64,000 bases of DNA from an uncultured archaeon (GTDB lineage Archaea; Altiarchaeota; Altiarchaeia; JAFGQM01), in NCBI GenBank assembly GCA_964619365.1, contig CAZUDQ010000001.1:118503-182502 (forward strand), given 5' to 3'. Positions 9,095-19,086 of this stretch are shown here, piece after piece. The position numbers were made by a program, and so were the translations under genes. Every line of letters begins with the position of its first letter. The first letter of the stretch is position 1. The notes beneath the pieces were generated by a model that saw only the letters and a list, made by a program, of their open reading frames with translations, had not been told where the DNA came from and searched no databases.

Positions 9095-9617
9095 TTTGAA
9101 GGCGAGAAGGTAAAGGGCCTATCAGCTCAAGCATTGCTTTTATTTCCTCCATCTCTTTTTTTATCTCGCGCCCTTCTGCTATCGGATCTACAGGTTTAAG
9201 CATGGCATTGCATTTCTGGCAGCGGAAATTGTTGTCGTATGCTTCAGTAAATGTTATCCTCTCACACTCATTCTCACACTTGAAGAAAGTAGAATCGGAT
9301 ATCTCCTGGAGCTCGCGCCTGAGGCGCATGAGTTTAGATGTTGCATGGTTTATGGTGCTTGGATGTATGTGCTCTTCGCAAAGAACCCATGTGTATTTGA
9401 ACCAGCCTTTTTCTGCATCGCGGTCTGAGTCATAAGAAACGATGTTGTGTTTATGGAGTAAATTTAATGTGGCGCGCACGCGGGTTATCGGAATTTGTGT
9501 TCGTTCCTGAATCATAAGATCTGTTGAAGGTGCTGAAAGGGATCTAATCACCTTTATTCCTTCATTGCCCACCATCTCATAAAGTATGAGAGAGATGGTT
9601 TCGTCTCTTGCCCCCAT
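9087..9617 (-). CDS. tfe: Transcription factor E (TFE, TFIIE-alpha homolog): winged helix plus zinc ribbon
   Basis: MGARDETISLILYEMVGNEGIKVIRSL is a winged-helix N-terminus. CENECERITF...CQKCNAML is a C4 zinc ribbon. The ORF-track start at 9734 adds 39 unlikely residues; the internal Met at 9617 fits. Confidence 0.7.
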   Translation of the reverse strand: MGARDETISLILYEMVGNEGIKVIRSLSAPSTDLMIQERTQIPITRVRATLNLLHKHNIVSYDSDRDAEKGWFKYTWVLCEEHIHPSTINHATSKLMRLRRELQEISDSTFFKCENECERITFTEAYDNNFRCQKCNAMLKPVDPIAEGREIKKEMEEIKAMLELIGPLPSRLQNA

Positions 9618-9700
9618 AGTGTTATTAGTTTGAAGGACACTACTTAAAAATAGGGGAAGTGGGGCTATTATTTTTCTATTCCTCTTTTTAGAAAATAAGC

Positions 9701-10237
9701 CTACGGTGTGAGTATATCCTTGCCTTGTTGGCAAGGCTTTATTGCAATTTTAGCGTCCGGGAAATCCTTGTCAAATTCCAAACCGTTTTGGAGCCTGTCA
9801 AGAAAGACTGCAAGTGCCGAAATCTCAGAATGCGGTTGTGATGTGACGGCAACATTAAAGTCAGAGGATTCATACACTTCAAAGGGCACTTTTTCGCCCC
9901 CGACAACGATTAAAACCTTGCCGTCTGGACCCGCCTTTTTTGCGACTTTTGGGGCGGTTTCCCGCACTGGCATGCCATACATTGTCAGGTGGGCAATAAC
10001 CCATCCGTTTTCTTTATATTCCTTTAATGTAGAGCGCCAAGACTTGACAAACTCTGCTGAAAAATCCCCACCCCATCGTTCTACAATTTTCATTAAAGAT
10101 TCTGCAAGGTGGGGGTCACGCTGCCCTCCAATAAGTATTTTTTCTGCGCCAAATGCACGACCCACGAGACCTAGATGTGTTGTCACGCGCTTGTCGCGCT
10201 CTGCTCGGTGCGAAAGACGCAATATATGAATTTCCAT
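9701..10237 (-). CDS. trm56: tRNA (cytidine56-2'-O)-methyltransferase aTrm56 (SPOUT family)
   Basis: ILRLSHRAERDKRVTTHLGLVGRAFGAEKILIGG...WGGDF...HLTMYG...VGGEKVP...YNVAVTSQPHSEISALAVFLDR matches aTrm56 end to end. Confidence 0.8.
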   Translation of the reverse strand: MEIHILRLSHRAERDKRVTTHLGLVGRAFGAEKILIGGQRDPHLAESLMKIVERWGGDFSAEFVKSWRSTLKEYKENGWVIAHLTMYGMPVRETAPKVAKKAGPDGKVLIVVGGEKVPFEVYESSDFNVAVTSQPHSEISALAVFLDRLQNGLEFDKDFPDAKIAIKPCQQGKDILTP

Positions 10238-10330
10238 TATGTCCGGGATTTATTCCTGTTTAGCTTCCTTTTTTGTGCTTTTATAATAAAAACGGCAATA
10301 TAAGAGGCTTTTAGGGGTCAAGATAAAGAA

Positions 10331-11557
10331 ATGGCACGAATTGTAGTAAAATTCGGAGGCACGTCCGTTGGAAACGGAGAGAAGGTGCGAAATGCTGCGC
10401 GAAGCATTGTTAAGGAAGCAGAGCGCGGAAATGAACTTATCGTTGTAACATCAGCCATGGGTAAGACCACTAACGGTCTTCTCGAGGCTCTTACCCTTTC
10501 TACTGAAGGAAAGTTCACAGCACAACAGAAAGACGAGGTGGCTGCAATGGGGGAGCGCACGGCAGTGCGCGTTCTTGCATCATCAATAGAGTCGCTTGGA
10601 AAGAAGGCGAAGTTCATAGACCCCTCCTCAGACGAGTGGCCAACAAGGACAGATTCAAAATTCACAAACGCAAATATCGATATTGACGCAACAAAAGCGG
10701 TATGTAAAGAGAAGATTGAGCCGCTGATTAAGGAAGGAATAATCCCTGTAGTTTGTGGCTTCCTTGGCACTGATGATGAAGGTAACATAACTACAATAGG
10801 ACGCGGAGGCAGTGATACAACGGCAGTAATGCTTGGGAACTGTCTTGATGCTGATGTAGTCATAATAGTTACTGATGTTGATGGAGTCTATTCAGGCGAC
10901 CCGCGTGTCGTTGACGACGCCGAGCTTGTGCCAGAAATCGATGTCTCGGTCCTTTGGGATCTTGCGATTGCAGGAGCAAAGGTAATGAAATGGGACTCTC
11001 TTCTCTACAAGGGAGACAAATGCACTCTAAAAATTGTTAACAACCGCCATATGGACCTTTCGGCCGATGGTACGGAGATAAAAGGAGAATTTATGGAAGT
11101 ATCTGTTTCAAAAATGGAAAAAGCTCTTGGCAGTGTTACTGTTGCGGGCAAGGAAATAATAGATTACCCCGGGCTTCTTGCAAAGACTAGCGAGATACTT
11201 GGCGACCTTGGAATAAACATCTGGGGGATAACTGTGGCTCCCGACTCAATGAGCTATTTCATTCTTGAAGACAAGATTGAAGAAGCGACAAAGGAGCTTC
11301 ATGAGTTTGTCCTAAAGGATGAGCATGCAATCTCAGTAGCTGGCGCAAAAGAAATTGGCTTGGCTTATGTTACAAGCCCCGATTTTCTTGACGAGCCTGG
11401 CGCCCTTGGAGAAATCACGGGAGCAATTGCTGAGGCTGGAATAAACATCAAGGAGATAACGACGTCAAAAAGCCAGATTATGGTATTTGTCGACTACGCT
11501 AACCTTGATGCAGTCTATGAGATTCTCAAGCTTATGTTTGAGAAAAGTAAAAAATAA
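10331..11557 (+). CDS. lysC: Aspartate kinase with C-terminal ACT domains
   Basis: VVKFGGTSVG N-terminus, amino-acid kinase fold motifs, two ACT-like repeats at the C-terminus. Confidence 0.9.
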   Translation: MARIVVKFGGTSVGNGEKVRNAARSIVKEAERGNELIVVTSAMGKTTNGLLEALTLSTEGKFTAQQKDEVAAMGERTAVRVLASSIESLGKKAKFIDPSSDEWPTRTDSKFTNANIDIDATKAVCKEKIEPLIKEGIIPVVCGFLGTDDEGNITTIGRGGSDTTAVMLGNCLDADVVIIVTDVDGVYSGDPRVVDDAELVPEIDVSVLWDLAIAGAKVMKWDSLLYKGDKCTLKIVNNRHMDLSADGTEIKGEFMEVSVSKMEKALGSVTVAGKEIIDYPGLLAKTSEILGDLGINIWGITVAPDSMSYFILEDKIEEATKELHEFVLKDEHAISVAGAKEIGLAYVTSPDFLDEPGALGEITGAIAEAGINIKEITTSKSQIMVFVDYANLDAVYEILKLMFEKSKK

Positions 11558-11562
11558 TTTAT

Positions 11563-11582
11563 TTTCTTTTTTTATGATTTGG
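11563..11582 (+). terminator. Oligo-T tract after lysC (archaeal intrinsic terminator-like)
   Basis: tttattttctttttttatg follows immediately after the lysC stop. Confidence 0.35.
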
Positions 11583-11623
11583 GTATTTCCCTAAAATCAA
11601 TAAAAATTAGCTAAAACGCCAAA

Positions 11624-12691
11624 ATGGATAAGTTAAAAGTCGGTGTCCTCGCGGGGACTGGAATGGTAGGTCAGAAGTATATAACTTTGCTTCAGGACCA
11701 CCCCTGGTTTGAGGTCACATTCGTCTCCGCGAGCCCCAGAAGTGCGGGGAAAAAATACGCGGAGGCCGTTTCCGGTCGCTGGCATATGCAAGAAGACATC
11801 CCTGAAAATGTCAGGGACATTGTAGTAGAAGATGCAGCAGACCTAGCCAAAGCTAAAGATTGCGATTTTCTCTTCTCTGCCCTTGGTTCGGGGCCTGCTA
11901 AAGAGCTTGAGCACAAATACGCAGAGATGGGAATCCCTGTTGTATCAAACGCGAGTGCGCACAGGCACACTCCAGATGTTCCTATGATAATCCCTGAAGT
12001 AAATCCAGAACATGCAGACATCATTCCGATTCAGCAGAAGAACCGCGGCTGGGATAATGGCTTTATTGCAGTTAAGCCAAACTGCTCGCTTCAAAGTTAC
12101 ATGACCCCACTTTTTGCCTTGGGCAAGGAATTTGGGTTAAAGAAGGTCATCATAACTACCCTTCAGGCAGTTTCAGGTGCAGGTTACCCTGGTGTTGCCT
12201 CGTGGGACGCAATTGATAACATAGTTCCTTACATCGGTGGCGAAGAGGAAAAAAGCGAGCGTGAACCGCTAAAGATACTCGGTAAGGTTGATGGGGATAA
12301 AATCTCATATGCACAAGGTATTGATATTTCTGCTCACTGTAACCGTGTTCCTGTCCTTGACGGGCACACGGCGTGCGTTTCAGTTGAGTTTGAGAACTCG
12401 CCTTCAAAAGAAGAGATACTTTCAATCTGGAAGGGTTTTAGGGGAGAACCGCAGAACTTAAAGCTTCCGTTTGCGCCAAGCCAGCCGATAATCTATCGCG
12501 AGGAAGAAAACAGGCCTCAGCCGCGCCTTGACCGTGATACTGATAAGGGTATGGCAGTAACTGTCGGACGCCTGCGCGAGTGTAATGTCTTTGACTGGCG
12601 CTTTGTGGGCCTTTCCCACAACATAATTAGAGGTGCTGCTGGCGGAGGAATTCTTAACGCAGAGCTTCTAAAGGCAAAGGGTTACCTCTAA
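11624..12691 (+). CDS. asd: Aspartate-semialdehyde dehydrogenase
   Basis: GxxGxVG NAD(P) fold (VLAGTGMVGQ), catalytic Cys context (KPNCSLQS), archaeal-type Asd length. Confidence 0.9.
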   Translation: MDKLKVGVLAGTGMVGQKYITLLQDHPWFEVTFVSASPRSAGKKYAEAVSGRWHMQEDIPENVRDIVVEDAADLAKAKDCDFLFSALGSGPAKELEHKYAEMGIPVVSNASAHRHTPDVPMIIPEVNPEHADIIPIQQKNRGWDNGFIAVKPNCSLQSYMTPLFALGKEFGLKKVIITTLQAVSGAGYPGVASWDAIDNIVPYIGGEEEKSEREPLKILGKVDGDKISYAQGIDISAHCNRVPVLDGHTACVSVEFENSPSKEEILSIWKGFRGEPQNLKLPFAPSQPIIYREEENRPQPRLDRDTDKGMAVTVGRLRECNVFDWRFVGLSHNIIRGAAGGGILNAELLKAKGYL

Positions 12692-12725
12692 GCCTTCTTT
12701 TCTTTATTTTTACTTTTTTATAAAA

Positions 12726-14378
12726 ATGGAAACCCCTAAAGGAATTTCAAAGGCATGTGAAAAAGAAGCCAGTGATGCTCTTTTTTGGGCGGACAAATAC
12801 GCAAGCGAAATAATAAACCGCAAGACTTACCTGTATTCGGATAAGGAATATGTGCTTCCAAAACATCCGACTGTAAAAACATCATCTTCACTTTCTGGAG
12901 TTCTTCATATCGGGCGACTTACTGATATCATACGGGGTGAAGCCGTACACCGTGCCCTTCAAAAGCAGGGTATTGATTCGACACTCATCTATGTCGCAGA
13001 AGATATGGACCCCTTGCGGAAGATTCCAAAGGGCGTCCCTGAAAGCTACCGTGAGTATATTGGAATGCCTGTTACTGATATACCAGATCCATTCGGATGC
13101 CATAAAACATATGCTGAACATCACGTTCAGGAATTCTTTAATATCTTCTCGGATTTTGTGGAGGAAGAGCCTACAAAATATTCCATGCGGGAAGAATATA
13201 TCAAGGGAAATTTTGACGATTCTATAAAAAACGTCCTTGACAATACTGCACATGTGCGTGAGATAATAAACGGCTTTAAGAGTGAGCCACTTGCCCCAGA
13301 CTGGACGCCTTATCAGGTAGTCTGTGAGAACTGCGGCAAGATAATGACGACAAAAGTGACTGGCTATAATCCTGAGACTGGAAAGGTTGCCTATAAGTGC
13401 GTCGATTATGATTTTAAGAAGGAAAAGGCCCTTGGCTGCGGTTATGAGGGTGAAGTTGAACCCAAAGGCAAGAACGGAAAGCTTGTCTGGAAAAGCGAGT
13501 GGGCATGCCAGTGGAAGAGATGGGATGTTGTAGCAGAGGGTGCGGGGAAGGAATACATTGTTCCAAATAGCGCATTTTTTGTTAACGCCCACATCTGCGA
13601 GGATGTTGTCGGCTACCCTGCAATAACCCCGATATTCTATGAATACATAACAATCGGTGGGGGCGATAAGATGAGTGCGTCAGTTGGAAACGTCGTTTAT
13701 CCAAAGGACTGGTTAAGAATTGCTCCACCTGAAGCATTGCGTCTTCTTTTCCTAAAAAGGATTACAAAGACACGCGACTTTAAGTGGGACGACGTCCCCC
13801 GACTATTAGATGAGCTTGATGAGATTGAACGTGTCTACTATGGACTTAAAGACGGTGGCAGCGCTACAGAGCATATAAAATGCCTTTATGAGGCGGCACT
13901 ACCGCACGCGCCTGCAAAAGAATACCTAGCAAGGGCGCCTTACTCTATCTGCTCTCTTGCTTGGCAGGTTGGAGGGGGAAACTTAGAGCACGCAAACGAA
14001 GTACTTTTGCGACTTGGATACACGCCAAATGAACGGACTGATGCCCTATTGCCACTTGCAGGAACCTGGGGCAAAGAACATGGGGACGCAATAACAATTC
14101 AAAAGGAGATTCCAAAGGAGGCTTTTGCTTTATCCCCCAGTCAGAAAAAAGCTCTCGAAGATATTGCAGGTCTTCTTGGTCAAAAGAACTCATGGGAAGC
14201 AAAGGAATTTGCCAAGGGAATGTTTGGGATAGCTAAGGAAAACGACCTAAAGCCGCCTGAACTCTTTAAATCCGTCTATATCACACTTCTTGGAAAAGAT
14301 CGCGGACCAAAAGCGGCGGCATTCATTCTTTCACTTGAACCGGAATTTGCAAAAAACCGGCTTTTGCTTAAGGAATAA
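12726..14378 (+). CDS. lysK: Lysyl-tRNA synthetase, class I (archaeal LysK type)
   Basis: HIGRLTD (HIGH-type) and GGDKMSASVGN (KMSKS-type) class I motifs, internal Cys-rich zinc knuckle, 550 aa. Confidence 0.85.
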   Translation: METPKGISKACEKEASDALFWADKYASEIINRKTYLYSDKEYVLPKHPTVKTSSSLSGVLHIGRLTDIIRGEAVHRALQKQGIDSTLIYVAEDMDPLRKIPKGVPESYREYIGMPVTDIPDPFGCHKTYAEHHVQEFFNIFSDFVEEEPTKYSMREEYIKGNFDDSIKNVLDNTAHVREIINGFKSEPLAPDWTPYQVVCENCGKIMTTKVTGYNPETGKVAYKCVDYDFKKEKALGCGYEGEVEPKGKNGKLVWKSEWACQWKRWDVVAEGAGKEYIVPNSAFFVNAHICEDVVGYPAITPIFYEYITIGGGDKMSASVGNVVYPKDWLRIAPPEALRLLFLKRITKTRDFKWDDVPRLLDELDEIERVYYGLKDGGSATEHIKCLYEAALPHAPAKEYLARAPYSICSLAWQVGGGNLEHANEVLLRLGYTPNERTDALLPLAGTWGKEHGDAITIQKEIPKEAFALSPSQKKALEDIAGLLGQKNSWEAKEFAKGMFGIAKENDLKPPELFKSVYITLLGKDRGPKAAAFILSLEPEFAKNRLLLKE

Positions 14379-14524
14379 CTGACATACGCGTTTCATTAAA
14401 TCAGGATTCGGTTTCAGGAATTTTTAGCTGGTGACAAGAAAACTGTTATCCTGTTTCGGACAAAATAAGAATAGGTTAGAGTGTAGTCTGCTTTTAACCC
14501 GAAAAATTAAAAAATAACAAAACA

Positions 14525-14884
14525 ATGACAATAATAGGAAACCTTATAAACGTTGGAGCAGAGCAAATTGAGGTGGTATCCAAAGCTGTGATGGGCTCGC
14601 AACGCAATGGCGGTGAATTCTTGTTCATCGGTAGAGGGGGCCCAACTCCTTATGCAATACTCATAATACAACTGATAATAATTGTGGCGGCAGTCGTGGT
14701 TCTTTGGTGGATATTCAAAAAACAAGAAGCTTCCTCAAAATTGCACCGCGGGGAAAGCCCTCTTGACATACTCAATAAGAGATATGCGACAGGGGGAATC
14801 TCAAAGGCACAGTTTGAAGAGATAAAAAAGGATATAGGAACTTCTGTAAAAACAACGGAGAAGAAAATAAAAAAAGATTCATAA
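14525..14884 (+). CDS. Small membrane protein with C-terminal SHOCT-like domain
   Basis: One TM helix (LIIIVAAVVVLWWIF) followed by LDILNKRYATGGISKAQFEEIKKDI, the SHOCT short C-terminal domain pattern. Confidence 0.4.
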   Translation: MTIIGNLINVGAEQIEVVSKAVMGSQRNGGEFLFIGRGGPTPYAILIIQLIIIVAAVVVLWWIFKKQEASSKLHRGESPLDILNKRYATGGISKAQFEEIKKDIGTSVKTTEKKIKKDS

Positions 14885-14891
14885 ATCATAA

Positions 14892-15305
14892 ATGGAGATA
14901 TCTGAAAAAAAACTTGCAATAGGGATTGCAACGCTTCTCGGGCTTGCTATAATCTTTGCTTGGATAAGCGGGAGTTATAGTGTAGAGACTGGAGAAGAGC
15001 TCTCATTTGAGGTATACTTAATAACAATTGTCGCATTTGTTGCGGGGGCTTTTGTCGCAATACTTTTCCAGTCTTCAAGAGGTAAAGCAGAGCTTGAGCG
15101 TGTGCTTAAGGTTCTCCCCGGAGACGAACGCACAGTCATAAAGATACTCCTTGAAAACAACGGTAAAATCGAACAGAACTATCTTGTCGTGCTTTCAGGT
15201 TTTAATAAAGTCAAGGTATCAAGAATAGTTGCAAAACTTGAAGAACGGGGCGTTATTGACAAAAAATTCCTCGGAAACACAAACTACCTCATCTTAAAAG
15301 TCTAG
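14892..15305 (+). CDS. Membrane-anchored winged-helix (MarR/ArsR-like) putative transcription regulator
   Basis: Two N-terminal TM helices, then VIKILLENNGKIEQNYLVVLSGFNKVKVSRIVAKLEERGVI (HTH plus wing). Confidence 0.4.
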   Translation: MEISEKKLAIGIATLLGLAIIFAWISGSYSVETGEELSFEVYLITIVAFVAGAFVAILFQSSRGKAELERVLKVLPGDERTVIKILLENNGKIEQNYLVVLSGFNKVKVSRIVAKLEERGVIDKKFLGNTNYLILKV

Positions 15306-15314
15306 AAGCTTTAT

Positions 15315-15620
15315 TCAATCTTTGACAGGACTTGTACTGCCACACCAAAAACAAAGAAGTTTAGCTCCGGTTTTTGAAACGGGCGCGTGGACATCTGTTG
15401 TGTTGTTTATGAAAAAATCGCCTTTTTTATGTTTTCCTTTTTCATCTTCGAGTTCGCCCTCTAAGACATACACCCATTCGATATCATCATGGTAATGTGG
15501 CTTGTCGGATAGGTTCGGGGCAATCTCGATTATATCCAGTTGCATCTTCTTTTCCTCGTATCTGGCAAGAGGCTTTCTGCGAACGCCGTCTCTAACCTGA
15601 ATCCACTCATCTTCTGTCAT
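15315..15620 (-). CDS. Cupin-domain protein
   Basis: ~100 aa with HYHDDIEWVYVLEGELE...H, a cupin two-His/Glu metal motif pair. Confidence 0.5.
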   Translation of the reverse strand: MTEDEWIQVRDGVRRKPLARYEEKKMQLDIIEIAPNLSDKPHYHDDIEWVYVLEGELEDEKGKHKKGDFFINNTTDVHAPVSKTGAKLLCFWCGSTSPVKD

Positions 15621-16138
15621 TCTGTTAAACTGCTTGCTATCTTTTGGCCGAATGCTTTTGCCGCACCCGGGCCATTTGCCGTGATTATCTTGCCATCTGC
15701 TTCTAGCTCAGTTCCCGTCCAAATGGCTCCATGCTCTTTTAGTGAGCCTTCTTGGGACGGCCATGCAGTCGCTTTTATGCCATCTAAGACTCCTGCGTTT
15801 GCAAGAGTTGTTGGGGCGATACATATCGCGGCAAGAATCTTTCCTTTTTCCTTAGCATCCCTTGCAATCGACCAGGCGTTTTGGTCTTTAAAAAATACTG
15901 AAGATCCCCCGCCTCCGATAAAGGCGATAGCTGCGTAATCATCAACATTAAGTTCTGGAAGAGTGATACTTGCCTCAGCGCGACCCCCAAGAACTCCCGT
16001 TAGCTCTCCTTTTTTTGTACTTGCGCTAACTACTTTTATTCCTTTCTTTTCCAGTTCCTCTTTTGTGTCGAAATATTCTTCGTCCCTGAAATCACTCGGG
16101 GCAACTATCAATAAAACTTTCATTTTCCAGTCCGTCAT
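15617..16138 (-). CDS. DJ-1/PfpI family protein (class I glutamine amidotransferase-like / intracellular protease)
   Basis: KVLLIVAPSDFRDEEY...AAICIAP nucleophile-elbow Cys, ~170 aa. Confidence 0.7.
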   Translation of the reverse strand: MTDWKMKVLLIVAPSDFRDEEYFDTKEELEKKGIKVVSASTKKGELTGVLGGRAEASITLPELNVDDYAAIAFIGGGGSSVFFKDQNAWSIARDAKEKGKILAAICIAPTTLANAGVLDGIKATAWPSQEGSLKEHGAIWTGTELEADGKIITANGPGAAKAFGQKIASSLTE

Positions 16139-16793
16139 TCGTTATTTTAAAGATACATGATGCGCCCTCTTTTTTTGTCGGGTGGCGAGTTAGGGTTGCT
16201 CGGCGCGATGTCCCTTCCTTTTCAAGTTTTATTGTTGTTTTTGTCCAGTATTTTAGTACGTCGCGGCCAACCGGAACGACTTCGCTTTTATTGTCTTTGG
16301 AGTCGCCTTTTGTAAATGAAGAATATACTTGATTGGTAACAATTACTGGAATCTTATACTTTCTTGCAATCTTAGAGAGAAGGGCGAGCTGGCGGGAAAG
16401 CTCCCTGTTTGTCCTGTATGCGTCTTCTCCTGATGACATTTCAAGGCGATAAAGTGAAACTAGTGAATCCACTATGACAAGACCGACGTTGCCATCTATG
16501 CATAAATCCTGAATTTTCCCTATTGCAATCTTTTGCTCGTCAAAATCAGCCGGTTCTGCAATCAATATTGATTTTAGAAGCTCCTGGGTATCGCTTTTTG
16601 TCAGTTGTTTAAAGCGTTCTGTTGAAAATGAGCCTTCGCTGTCAATGAAAACTGCGCGCTTGCCAGATTTTGCGCACTCTATTGCCGCAAGCATGCAGAT
16701 ATTTGTCTTGCCTGATGCCGCTTCCCCATATATCTGGGAAATTGTCTTTGGCAAAAAGTTTGTTAGTTCCTTGACTGAAAGTCCCTCATCCAT
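16092..16793 (-). CDS. radB: RadB-type recombinase paralog (RecA/RadA superfamily, no N-terminal HhH domain)
   Basis: Walker A GEAASGKTNICMLAA, Walker B LVIVDSL, ~230 aa. Confidence 0.7.
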   Translation of the reverse strand: MDEGLSVKELTNFLPKTISQIYGEAASGKTNICMLAAIECAKSGKRAVFIDSEGSFSTERFKQLTKSDTQELLKSILIAEPADFDEQKIAIGKIQDLCIDGNVGLVIVDSLVSLYRLEMSSGEDAYRTNRELSRQLALLSKIARKYKIPVIVTNQVYSSFTKGDSKDNKSEVVPVGRDVLKYWTKTTIKLEKEGTSRRATLTRHPTKKEGASCIFKITNDGLENESFIDSCPE

Positions 16794-16880
16794 TTCTCTT
16801 TAATTTTGGGGCTTGAAGGTAAAAAGATTGTTGGGCTATTGTTTTTTAGTCTTATGTCTGAATAATAATACAAGAGACAA

Positions 16881-19037
16881 ATGGTTTTTAAACTAAAGGT
16901 AGCAGAGGCTTTCAGAACTGATGTCGGGCGCGGTATCGTGCGTATCAGCGGCGATGTTATGGAGTCCCTTGGAATCGCAAGTGGGGGTGTTGTCGAGGTT
17001 CTCGGTAAAAGAAGGACTACTGCCGTTGCCTGGCGAGGTCATCCACAGGATGATGGACTTGATGTTGTTCGTATGGACGGTTTTGTCAGACACAATTGCG
17101 GCGTTTCGATGGGTGATAGCATTCTCATCAAGCGTGCAAATCCCCAGGAGGCTGAAAGCGTTGAATTTGCTCCTGTAGAAAAAGTCAAAATATCTGGCAA
17201 TTTTACCCAATACTTAAAACACAGGCTTCAGGGGAGAGCTCTTGTTGAAGGCGACAGAATAGTTGTCGGGGTTCTTGGCTCCACAATACCTTTTGTTGTT
17301 ACAAAAACTGTTCCTTCAGGAATTGTAAGTATAACAGAAAGGACAAAGGTTGGGAGTAGTGCTTTTGGCTCTGGCTCAAAAGAAGAGCGTCCCATGCCAA
17401 AAATAACTTATGAGGATATAGGCAGTCTTGATTCGGAGATAAAAAAGATCAGGGAAATGGTTGAGCTTCCCATGAAGCATCCTGAAATCTTTAAAAAACT
17501 TGGTATTGAACCACCAAAAGGTGTTCTTTTATATGGGCCACCGGGAACTGGAAAGACGCTTCTTGCAAAGGCTGTAGCTTCAGAGATTGATGTTAACTTT
17601 GTCGTACTCAATGGTCCTGAAATAGTATCAAAGTGGTATGGGCAATCAGAACAGAATCTAAGGAAAGTCTTTAAGGATGCAGAAGAGAGTGCACCGTCGG
17701 TGATATTCATTGATGAGATTGATGCCATTGCACCAAAACGCTCAGAAGTCCAGGGTGAAGTCGAAAAAAGAATAGTCGCTCAGCTTCTAACTCTTCTTGA
17801 CGGTCTTGAAAGCCGTGGGAATGTTATGGTTATAGGCGCAACAAACAGGGAAAGCGTATTAGATCCCGCCCTTAGACGCCCTGGGCGATTTGACCGTGAG
17901 ATATCACTCGGAGTTCCTGACAAAGCAGGAAGACGCGAGATACTTGAGATTCATACTCGCAGCATGCCTCTTGCAAAGAATGTAAAAATCGATGCGATTG
18001 CGGCAACTACCCATGGTTTTGTCGGGGCAGACCTTTCAGCACTTTGTAAGGAAGCCGCATTTGGCGTCCTCAGGCGACTCCTTCCCGAAATGGACCTTGA
18101 GAAGGGAGAGATTCCAGATGATGTGCTTGAGAAGCTCATAGTTACAAAAAACGACTTTGATGAAGCATTAAAGAATATAGAGCCTTCTGCAATGCGCGAG
18201 GTTCTTGTTGAGACGCCCTCTTGTTCCTGGAAAGATATTGGTGGCTTAAAACACGTAAAAAATAATCTTACTCGGGTTGTCGAAAAACCGATACGCGAGC
18301 CTGAAACTTTCAAAAAATATGGTATAAAACCGGCGCGCGGTGTGCTTTTATATGGACCCCCAGGATGTGGAAAGACGCTTCTTGCAAGAGCTGTTGCCGG
18401 GGAGAGTGAAGCTAATTTCATCTCAGTAAAGGGACCTGAAGTTCTTAGTATGTGGCTTGGGGAGAGTGAAAAGGCCATACGAAACATCTTTAAGAAAGCA
18501 AGACAGGTGGCGCCGTGTGTAATCTTTTTTGATGAGATTGATGCCTTGGCAGGAAAGCGTGGATTTGACAATAGCCGCGCTGGCGACCGCGTATTAAACC
18601 AGCTTTTAACAGAGATGGATGGGATAGAAGAACTGGAAAATGTAATAGTCCTTGCCGCGACAAACAGACCGGATCTTGTTGACGGGGCGCTTATGCGACC
18701 TGGAAGATTTGATCAGCTTGTTCTCGTGGGATCTCCTGATAAAGAGGCACGCCTTAATATCTTTAAAGTCCATACAAGGGAGATGCCCGTCCAGAAAGTC
18801 AATTTTTCAGAACTTACTGAACTTACTGAAGGATACAGCGGAGCAGATATTGAAGCGGTATGTAGAGAGGCTGCGTATGCGGCAATGGATGAAAAAAGTG
18901 AAAAGGTCACAAACAAACATTTCCTGTCTGCTCTTGGAAAAGTCAGGCCGTCAATAAACGAATCTGAAATACGGGCTTATATTGACTACTCAAGGAAGTC
19001 AGGAGAGGGACCTTTAAACGAAGCTAGTTATGCTTAG
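16881..19037 (+). CDS. cdc48: CDC48/VCP-like AAA+ ATPase (two AAA domains plus N domain)
   Basis: N-terminal double-psi barrel region, then two AAA modules each with GPPGTGKT / GPPGCGKT Walker A and DEID Walker B plus SRH. Confidence 0.9.
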   Translation: MVFKLKVAEAFRTDVGRGIVRISGDVMESLGIASGGVVEVLGKRRTTAVAWRGHPQDDGLDVVRMDGFVRHNCGVSMGDSILIKRANPQEAESVEFAPVEKVKISGNFTQYLKHRLQGRALVEGDRIVVGVLGSTIPFVVTKTVPSGIVSITERTKVGSSAFGSGSKEERPMPKITYEDIGSLDSEIKKIREMVELPMKHPEIFKKLGIEPPKGVLLYGPPGTGKTLLAKAVASEIDVNFVVLNGPEIVSKWYGQSEQNLRKVFKDAEESAPSVIFIDEIDAIAPKRSEVQGEVEKRIVAQLLTLLDGLESRGNVMVIGATNRESVLDPALRRPGRFDREISLGVPDKAGRREILEIHTRSMPLAKNVKIDAIAATTHGFVGADLSALCKEAAFGVLRRLLPEMDLEKGEIPDDVLEKLIVTKNDFDEALKNIEPSAMREVLVETPSCSWKDIGGLKHVKNNLTRVVEKPIREPETFKKYGIKPARGVLLYGPPGCGKTLLARAVAGESEANFISVKGPEVLSMWLGESEKAIRNIFKKARQVAPCVIFFDEIDALAGKRGFDNSRAGDRVLNQLLTEMDGIEELENVIVLAATNRPDLVDGALMRPGRFDQLVLVGSPDKEARLNIFKVHTREMPVQKVNFSELTELTEGYSGADIEAVCREAAYAAMDEKSEKVTNKHFLSALGKVRPSINESEIRAYIDYSRKSGEGPLNEASYA

Positions 19038-19086
19038 ACTGCATAAAGGATTAGTTCTGTTATAGGCCCAAGCTTTTAATCCACTG

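Noticed and set aside
9708-10229. 173-aa plus-strand ORF opposite aTrm56
   Set aside because: The minus-strand translation matches aTrm56 end to end. The plus-strand frame has no recognizable features.
12888-13592. 234-aa minus-strand ORF inside lysK
   Set aside because: Fully antisense to a strongly supported class I LysRS, with low-complexity composition and no motifs.
17951-18571. 206-aa minus-strand ORF inside cdc48, and the 203-aa ORF 19014-19625 inside the FtsZ-like gene
   Set aside because: Antisense to well-supported genes. Ser/Pro-rich translations typical of reverse-frame artefacts.
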